From an archaeon (GTDB taxonomy: Archaea > Nanobdellota > Nanobdellia > WJKC01), in the NCBI GenBank assembly GCA_014729335.1, contig WJKC01000005.1, positions 1 through 35,933 on the forward strand: a stretch of DNA of 35,933 nucleotides, in the 5' to 3' direction. Position numbers and translations under genes: made by a program. Shown in pieces: positions 32,029 through 35,933 of this stretch (position 1 is the first letter of the stretch; every line of letters starts with the position of its first letter). The notes beneath the pieces were generated by a model that worked only from the letters and a program-made list of their open reading frames with translations, did no database searches and was not told the DNA's origin.

Positions 32029-32673
32029 ATGAAAATTGACTTCCACGTTCATACTGGTTACTCAATATGCTCTAATATGAAACCAGCAGAGGCGGTCAGA
32101 GCAGCTGAGCAGGCGGGCCTAGACGCTATTGCATTAATCAATCATGACCTTAAACCAGTCAAGTTCAAAGGCAGCAAGAAAGTAAAGGTTATTCATGGGG
32201 TTGAGGTAACAACTAAGGAGGGACACCTGCTAGTAATTAACACAAACAAGTCGTTCCCTAAAAAGACACCAGCCCAGGAAGTGATTAATAATGTTGAAAA
32301 AGACGCCCTGGTGATAATACCACACCCCTTTGACTTATTCAGAAAGGGTTTAAGTAAAAAATTAAAGAGCCTAACCAGCTACCACGCGGTTGAGGTTAAC
32401 GGCCGGTGCCTGCTGCCATCATTCAATGATAAAGCAAGAGCCTTTGCCAAGGAAAAAGGCAAGCCATTAACTGGCGGCAGCGACGCCCACTTCACAGGCG
32501 AGGTGGGTAATGCTTACACAATAGTTAACGCGAGAAGCATTAAAGGAGCAATCAAGAAAGTAAAACAAGGCAAGACCAAGGTGTTCATCAGGGAAAGACC
32601 AGTCACTAATAGGTTAAAATACTTCTTCAAAAGCATTGGCTTAGAAGCAGCAAGTTTTTTAAGGCAATCATAA
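32029..32673 (+). CDS. PHP-domain metal-dependent phosphoesterase
   Basis: PHP motifs: KIDFHVHTGYS, ALINHD, IHGVEV, IIPHPFD and GGSDAHF. Confidence 0.8.
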   Translation: MKIDFHVHTGYSICSNMKPAEAVRAAEQAGLDAIALINHDLKPVKFKGSKKVKVIHGVEVTTKEGHLLVINTNKSFPKKTPAQEVINNVEKDALVIIPHPFDLFRKGLSKKLKSLTSYHAVEVNGRCLLPSFNDKARAFAKEKGKPLTGGSDAHFTGEVGNAYTIVNARSIKGAIKKVKQGKTKVFIRERPVTNRLKYFFKSIGLEAASFLRQS

Positions 32674-32688
32674 CTTTCTAAATTAAAC

Positions 32689-32774
32689 GTAGGGATGACG
32701 GAGTCTGGTCAAACGTGCTGGGTTAAGGACCCAGTGGCTTAGTGCCTACGGGGGTTCGAATCCCTCTCCCTACA
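32689..32774 (+). tRNA. Type II tRNA-Leu with genomically encoded anticodon AAG, no intron, no encoded CCA
   Basis: Acceptor gtaggga/tccctac plus a. 3-bp D stem acg/cgt with a 13-nt loop (gagtctggtcaaa). Anticodon stem ctggg/cccag with 7-nt loop t-t-AAG-g-a (anticodon at 32725-32727). 15-nt variable arm tggcttagtgcctac. T stem ggggg/ccctc with loop ttcgaat. Confidence 0.75.
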
Positions 32775-32787
32775 ATAATTAAGGAGA

Positions 32788-32826
32788 GGTTCAGAAATGC
32801 CTGATTTCTGTTAATCTCTCCCTACA
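32788..32826 (+). repeat. tRNA-Leu trailer module: GGTTCA-hairpin-TGTTA plus an 11-nt copy of the tRNA 3' end
   Basis: ggtt + hairpin cagaaat-gcctg-atttctg (32792-32810) + ttaat + ctctccctaca (32816-32826). The last block is identical to 32764-32774 (T-stem 3' strand, acceptor 3' strand, discriminator). Confidence 0.85.
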
Positions 32827-32851
32827 TTAACTAAAATCTTTAGAGCCTGGA

Positions 32852-33085
32852 TTAAATAACTCCAACAGAGCGGAACAGGAAGAAAAATACTATGCCAATA
32901 ATAATAAAGCCAATAACCCCTATAATAACTGCTAGTTTCTTGTTCTCAAGAACGGACTTCTTAGCAGGCGGCTTTTGTTGAGCCTGAGCTGGCTGCTGGA
33001 ACTCCCTAGCTTGGCTCTGCGCCCGCTCCTCAGGCAACTGCTCAAGAGTCTTGAATGACCGGTGGCTTGGTTGCTGCTGCTCCAT
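32852..33085 (-). CDS. Small tail-anchored membrane protein with a Gln/Pro-rich N-terminus (hypothetical)
   Basis: 77 aa, with a single C-terminal TM LAVIIGVIGFIIIGIVFFFLF. The only support for coding is ORF length and position. Confidence 0.4.
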   Translation of the reverse strand: MEQQQPSHRSFKTLEQLPEERAQSQAREFQQPAQAQQKPPAKKSVLENKKLAVIIGVIGFIIIGIVFFFLFRSVGVI

Positions 33086-33121
33086 AAAGATATAAGTAAT
33101 AAAAACACGTATTAAAACTTA

Positions 33122-33478
33122 ATGCAATCATTAAAGGATTTCAAAAAAGACAATGAAAAAAACATGCTAAGACTATTGTTAATAAAATGGTTATGTGATG
33201 ATAATAAATGGGCAGCTAATTACATGCACGTGCTGAGCAACTTAATAGGCAGTGACTTCACAACAAAGGACCTGCCGTTCAAAAGCAGCCGCTCATACGA
33301 ACTAGCTAAAGAATGGACTGGTAAAGGATTAATCAGGGTTATTGACTACACAAGCAAGGCAAGGAAATACGCTTTCAACACCACCCTGTTCGCCAAGTCA
33401 ATAGAGAACAAAGAAGTAAGCAGGGAAGTAAAAGATGATTTGTTAAACAAACTAGATGAATTACTGCTTCCAGACTAA
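33122..33478 (+). CDS. Hypothetical small protein, possibly winged-helix DNA-binding
   Basis: 118 aa. The segment SRSYELAKEWTGKGLIRVIDYTSKARKYAFN looks like a recognition helix plus wing. This is weak pattern-level evidence only. Confidence 0.4.
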   Translation: MQSLKDFKKDNEKNMLRLLLIKWLCDDNKWAANYMHVLSNLIGSDFTTKDLPFKSSRSYELAKEWTGKGLIRVIDYTSKARKYAFNTTLFAKSIENKEVSREVKDDLLNKLDELLLPD

Positions 33479-35353
33479 GTAAGATATTGCTAACAATGAT
33501 GCGAGAGTAACTAACCATCCTAAGATAAAATAAGAAGTATCAAAGTACAAATCAAACTCCTCTAACCCGTCCAAGCCGCTGACCATTATAAACCAGTCAT
33601 CCTGGCTAACATGTAATTCCTGACCATTACTAAAAGCCCTCCACCAAGGGTGATAATTAAGCCTCAAGGTCACGTTATTAACAGACTCTCTCAGGATAAC
33701 CTTCAGGCTAACAGGGTTAATAATTCTTAAGAAGTAAGGGACTGGTTCAACCCTTGACGAGACAGCCTTGAAGTCAATGTCAATACCGCGGTATTTAAAG
33801 GTCATGGAGTCACTGGCTTCCTTACTTAAGTAAACCCATTTACTAACCCCTGACCGGTTAAGAAATTCAAAGAATAATTCTTCACCCTCAAAAGTAGGCA
33901 CCTCTCTTAACAGGGTGGTATGGCCAATATTATTAACAGTCTTAGCACCAGTTAAGTAGACAAGGCTGTTCTTAAACACTAACCGTTCATCAAACATTAC
34001 AACATCAGAGGACTTGATAAAGGAAACATCATTAAATTGAACACACCAAGTGCGCGGGTAATTCAAGGAGTTAGGGATAAACAAGGTTAAAGGGATGATG
34101 CTGATAACAACCGCGATAAAAACAAGCAGGTAATCCTTAGTGAACTTATTAAAAAATAACCTTTTCTTTGAGAAAAAGTAGATGAAAAAACCGGCAAGCA
34201 CTAATACTGAAAAAACCGGCAGGAACGCCTCATTAGGAAGAAAGTTAAGGATAAATATTAATAATGGCACTTCAAACCCATACTTAACCCTTGCAAAAAC
34301 AAAAGCTGAGAAAAGAAACAATGACATCTGAAAAAAGAAAGTAACCCTGTCAAAAGGAACGTTAACATCCAACAAGCTTATGGTTGAACATAGAAAGGTA
34401 ACAATCACTAAAGAAATAATTAATGACAAGAACAACCACTTGCCCTTAAAAGACTTGCTTTTACGAGCATAAAATAACGCAATAATAAACGTAGTTAAGA
34501 AGTAAGGCCCATAATAATAATCACTAGCAGCTGTTAAGTCAATACTTTGAATCTCAGGAATCATTAATGAGAATAAAAAAGTGTTAAGCATTTTCTCAGA
34601 ATTAAAAACAAGTGCTGAACCACTCCCGGGCAGCAATATTGACTGGAAAAATAAAGGCACGTAATAAAAAGAAGTAATTAAAGCACTAAGCAAGAAAAAC
34701 AGCCAGAGCCTAGACTTCTTTTTAATAAACAAGTAAAAAGTTACAAAAACAAAAAGTATTATTAACATGAAAAAATGAGTTGCCATTGTCAACGCAGAGA
34801 AAATAATAAACAATGAAAGATTAAGCTTATCAATCTTCTTATCAAAAACGCACTTCTGAAGATAGATTATTGTCAGGAAAAACAATGGTACGGCTGCAAT
34901 AGTATGATAACTGCCATGGACAGTGAATTGCTGGTTCATAAAACCGGATGCAATAAATAAACAACTAAAAAGGAACGAGCCGATAAGGCTGCCTTTATTA
35001 CGCCTTAGAATAATAAACAAGAAGAAGCCTGCCAAAGCGTATAATAGATTATACATTGTGAAAAAAGCAGTCCTCGCGTCAAGAAATAAACGTAGGACCA
35101 GTGGTAAAAGAAAAGGCACAGGCGAGTAAGAGAACTGGTAATAACCAAGTGAGAAATAATTAAAAGTAACCGGAAATATAGTACCGTGATTAATCAATTG
35201 TTCCTGAAATCCCAGTGAGTTAATGAAGTGGTTCTCCAAGTCACCATGAGTTGTCAAGGTGCAGTCAGGCTGGAACCATTTATGAGTGATAAAAAAACTG
35301 AAAATCAGGAGAGAAACAAGCACCAGAACAAGAGTTAATTTTGAATCTTTCAT
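33461..35353 (-). CDS. Large polytopic membrane protein with a C-terminal soluble domain (possible GT-C-type glycosyltransferase)
   Basis: 630 aa with about 13 or more TM helices over ~430 aa, followed by a ~190-aa non-membrane domain and a final TM. This architecture is typical of ArnT/PMT/AglB-like GT-C enzymes, but no WWDYG-type motif was recognised. The gene itself is well supported; the function call is weak. Confidence 0.5.
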   Translation of the reverse strand: MKDSKLTLVLVLVSLLIFSFFITHKWFQPDCTLTTHGDLENHFINSLGFQEQLINHGTIFPVTFNYFSLGYYQFSYSPVPFLLPLVLRLFLDARTAFFTMYNLLYALAGFFLFIILRRNKGSLIGSFLFSCLFIASGFMNQQFTVHGSYHTIAAVPLFFLTIIYLQKCVFDKKIDKLNLSLFIIFSALTMATHFFMLIILFVFVTFYLFIKKKSRLWLFFLLSALITSFYYVPLFFQSILLPGSGSALVFNSEKMLNTFLFSLMIPEIQSIDLTAASDYYYGPYFLTTFIIALFYARKSKSFKGKWLFLSLIISLVIVTFLCSTISLLDVNVPFDRVTFFFQMSLFLFSAFVFARVKYGFEVPLLIFILNFLPNEAFLPVFSVLVLAGFFIYFFSKKRLFFNKFTKDYLLVFIAVVISIIPLTLFIPNSLNYPRTWCVQFNDVSFIKSSDVVMFDERLVFKNSLVYLTGAKTVNNIGHTTLLREVPTFEGEELFFEFLNRSGVSKWVYLSKEASDSMTFKYRGIDIDFKAVSSRVEPVPYFLRIINPVSLKVILRESVNNVTLRLNYHPWWRAFSNGQELHVSQDDWFIMVSGLDGLEEFDLYFDTSYFILGWLVTLASLLAISYLVWKQ

Positions 35354-35407
35354 TAAAAGAAGATAAAATACTTATTCTTAAATAATTAATTAGTATTGAA
35401 TTAGACC

Positions 35408-35933
35408 ATGAAACACGTCATTTTAGACACAGACATTGGAGGAGACCCAGACGACGTATTCACCTTGTTATTTGCATTAGGAAGAAAAGACATAAAGATT
35501 GATTTAATAATCACAAATGATGAACACCAACACCACCGATTCCTTTTTGCTAAAAAACTTCTAAAACTGCTAGAAGAGGATATCCCGGTTGTGTCAGGAA
35601 TTGACTTGGGAAATGACTTAGTCTGCGTTGTCTGCAACCTAGTTAAAAAAAGAGGGGAAGTAAAGACTGATTTTGTACAGGAAATAAAAAGTGTTGTTGA
35701 AAAAAATAACAAAACTTACTACGTATGCGTTGGCGCGCAGTCAAACCTGTCAGAATTCCTTAACAAACACCCTGAACTATCAGATAAAATAACTGTTGTG
35801 ATAATGGGAGGCAGCTTCTCAATCATAAAATTCCCAGAACACAACATAAGACTAGATGCCAAAGCCGCCCAGAAAGTGCTGAAACACAATGTTAAGAAAA
35901 AATACGTGCCATTAAACCAAACTCTTAATCATA
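35408..35933 (+). CDS. Inosine-uridine-preferring nucleoside hydrolase-family protein, 3'-truncated by the window end
   Basis: Open frame from ATG 35408 to the window end (175 codons, no stop). The N-terminal signature is MKHVILDTDIGGDPDDVFTLLFAL (DTD-x-G-x-D-DD), and EHNIRLDAKAAQKVL appears later. TATA-like cttaaata at 35378-35385 lies about 26 nt upstream. The gene is missing from the ORF track because it is open-ended. Confidence 0.75.
   Translation, partial: MKHVILDTDIGGDPDDVFTLLFALGRKDIKIDLIITNDEHQHHRFLFAKKLLKLLEEDIPVVSGIDLGNDLVCVVCNLVKKRGEVKTDFVQEIKSVVEKNNKTYYVCVGAQSNLSEFLNKHPELSDKITVVIMGGSFSIIKFPEHNIRLDAKAAQKVLKHNVKKKYVPLNQTLNH

Noticed and set aside
32029-32673. Alternative identity as RNase P protein component Rpp30, a TIM-barrel distantly related to PHP, which would be interesting next to tRNA genes.
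   Set aside because: The protein retains the full set of PHP metal-binding motifs (HVHT, HD, HP, GGSDAH), which Rpp30-type proteins lack. Calling it a generic PHP phosphoesterase is the safer choice.
688-34923. Numerous 60-135-aa ORFs in the track lying antisense to, or out of frame within, larger genes. Examples: 688..891, 1371..1694, 1385..1708, 3448..3669, 3781..4035, 4879..5082, 6744..6980, 8006..8188, 8921..9118, 9122..9325, 10153..10362, 10381..10611, 10636..10872, 11406..11690, 12889..13140, 16104..16373, 19122..19319, 19645..19842, 20757..21095, 21234..21575, 23955..24242, 24653..24883, 25196..25396, 26292..26567, 27053..27460, 28593..28973, 29782..29973, 34923..35129.
   Set aside because: Each is fully embedded in a longer ORF that has clear family motifs or a coherent membrane or secreted architecture. 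Their translations are low-complexity (Ser/Leu/Ile/Pro-rich). They lack promoter or TATA phasing.
35401-35712. Minus-strand 103-aa ORF from the track.
   Set aside because: It is antisense to an open plus-strand frame with a clear nucleoside hydrolase signature and a correctly phased TATA box.
1-35933. CRISPR arrays, rRNA genes, transposase or integrase genes, IS-type terminal inverted repeats.
   Set aside because: No regularly spaced 24-40-nt repeats, no rRNA-like conserved segments, and no ORF with DDE, tyrosine- or serine-recombinase motifs were seen. The only exact repeats are the short gene-end duplications reported above and the 16-nt tRNA promoter motif.

Overview
Compact, AT-rich archaeal chromosomal segment. 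Archaeal origin is supported by TBP, MCM, RFC large and small subunits, topoisomerase VI A and B, aIF1A, aIF2-beta, a Rio kinase and an intron-containing tRNA. Most genes look leaderless or near-leaderless, with a TTTAAA-type TATA box about 26 nt upstream of the start codon. Many neighbouring genes overlap by 4-47 nt. A small-genome (DPANN-like) archaeon is plausible, but that is inference only. The window has three parts. (1) 1-9630 is a tightly coupled plus-strand operon for an Epd/Tad-like type IV pilus-type machine. It encodes a secretion ATPase, two separate T2SSF-type platform proteins and at least four proteins with prepilin-like N-termini, one of them 941 aa. (2) 9627-20455 holds core information-processing genes: rfcL, rfcS, tbp, mcm, an OB-fold/winged-helix RPA32-like protein, aIF2-beta, a DUF424-like protein, aIF1A, Rio kinase, a KH protein, top6B and top6A. 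(3) 20555-35933 is an accessory-looking envelope and glycan region. It contains membrane proteins, MscL, a 702-aa anchored surface protein, a cupin, a nucleotidyltransferase, a GT4 glycosyltransferase, three SAM methyltransferases, a UbiA prenyltransferase, a membrane-anchored hexapeptide acyltransferase, a PHP phosphoesterase, a 630-aa polytopic protein and an open-ended nucleoside hydrolase. Four tRNA genes are interspersed: Asn-GTT, Ile-TAT with a 22-nt intron, Glu-TTC and a type II Leu with an AAG anticodon. The most unusual signals are non-coding. Three of the four tRNA genes are followed 41-57 nt downstream by a hairpin plus an exact 10-13-nt copy of their own T-stem/acceptor 3' strand. 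The Glu and Leu hairpins are homologous and differ by one compensatory base-pair change. mcm shows an analogous 40/40-nt perfect duplication of its 3' end around a G-rich hairpin. tRNA-Ile also has an acceptor-stem-mimicking leader. No CRISPR array, rRNA gene, transposase or integrase gene was seen.
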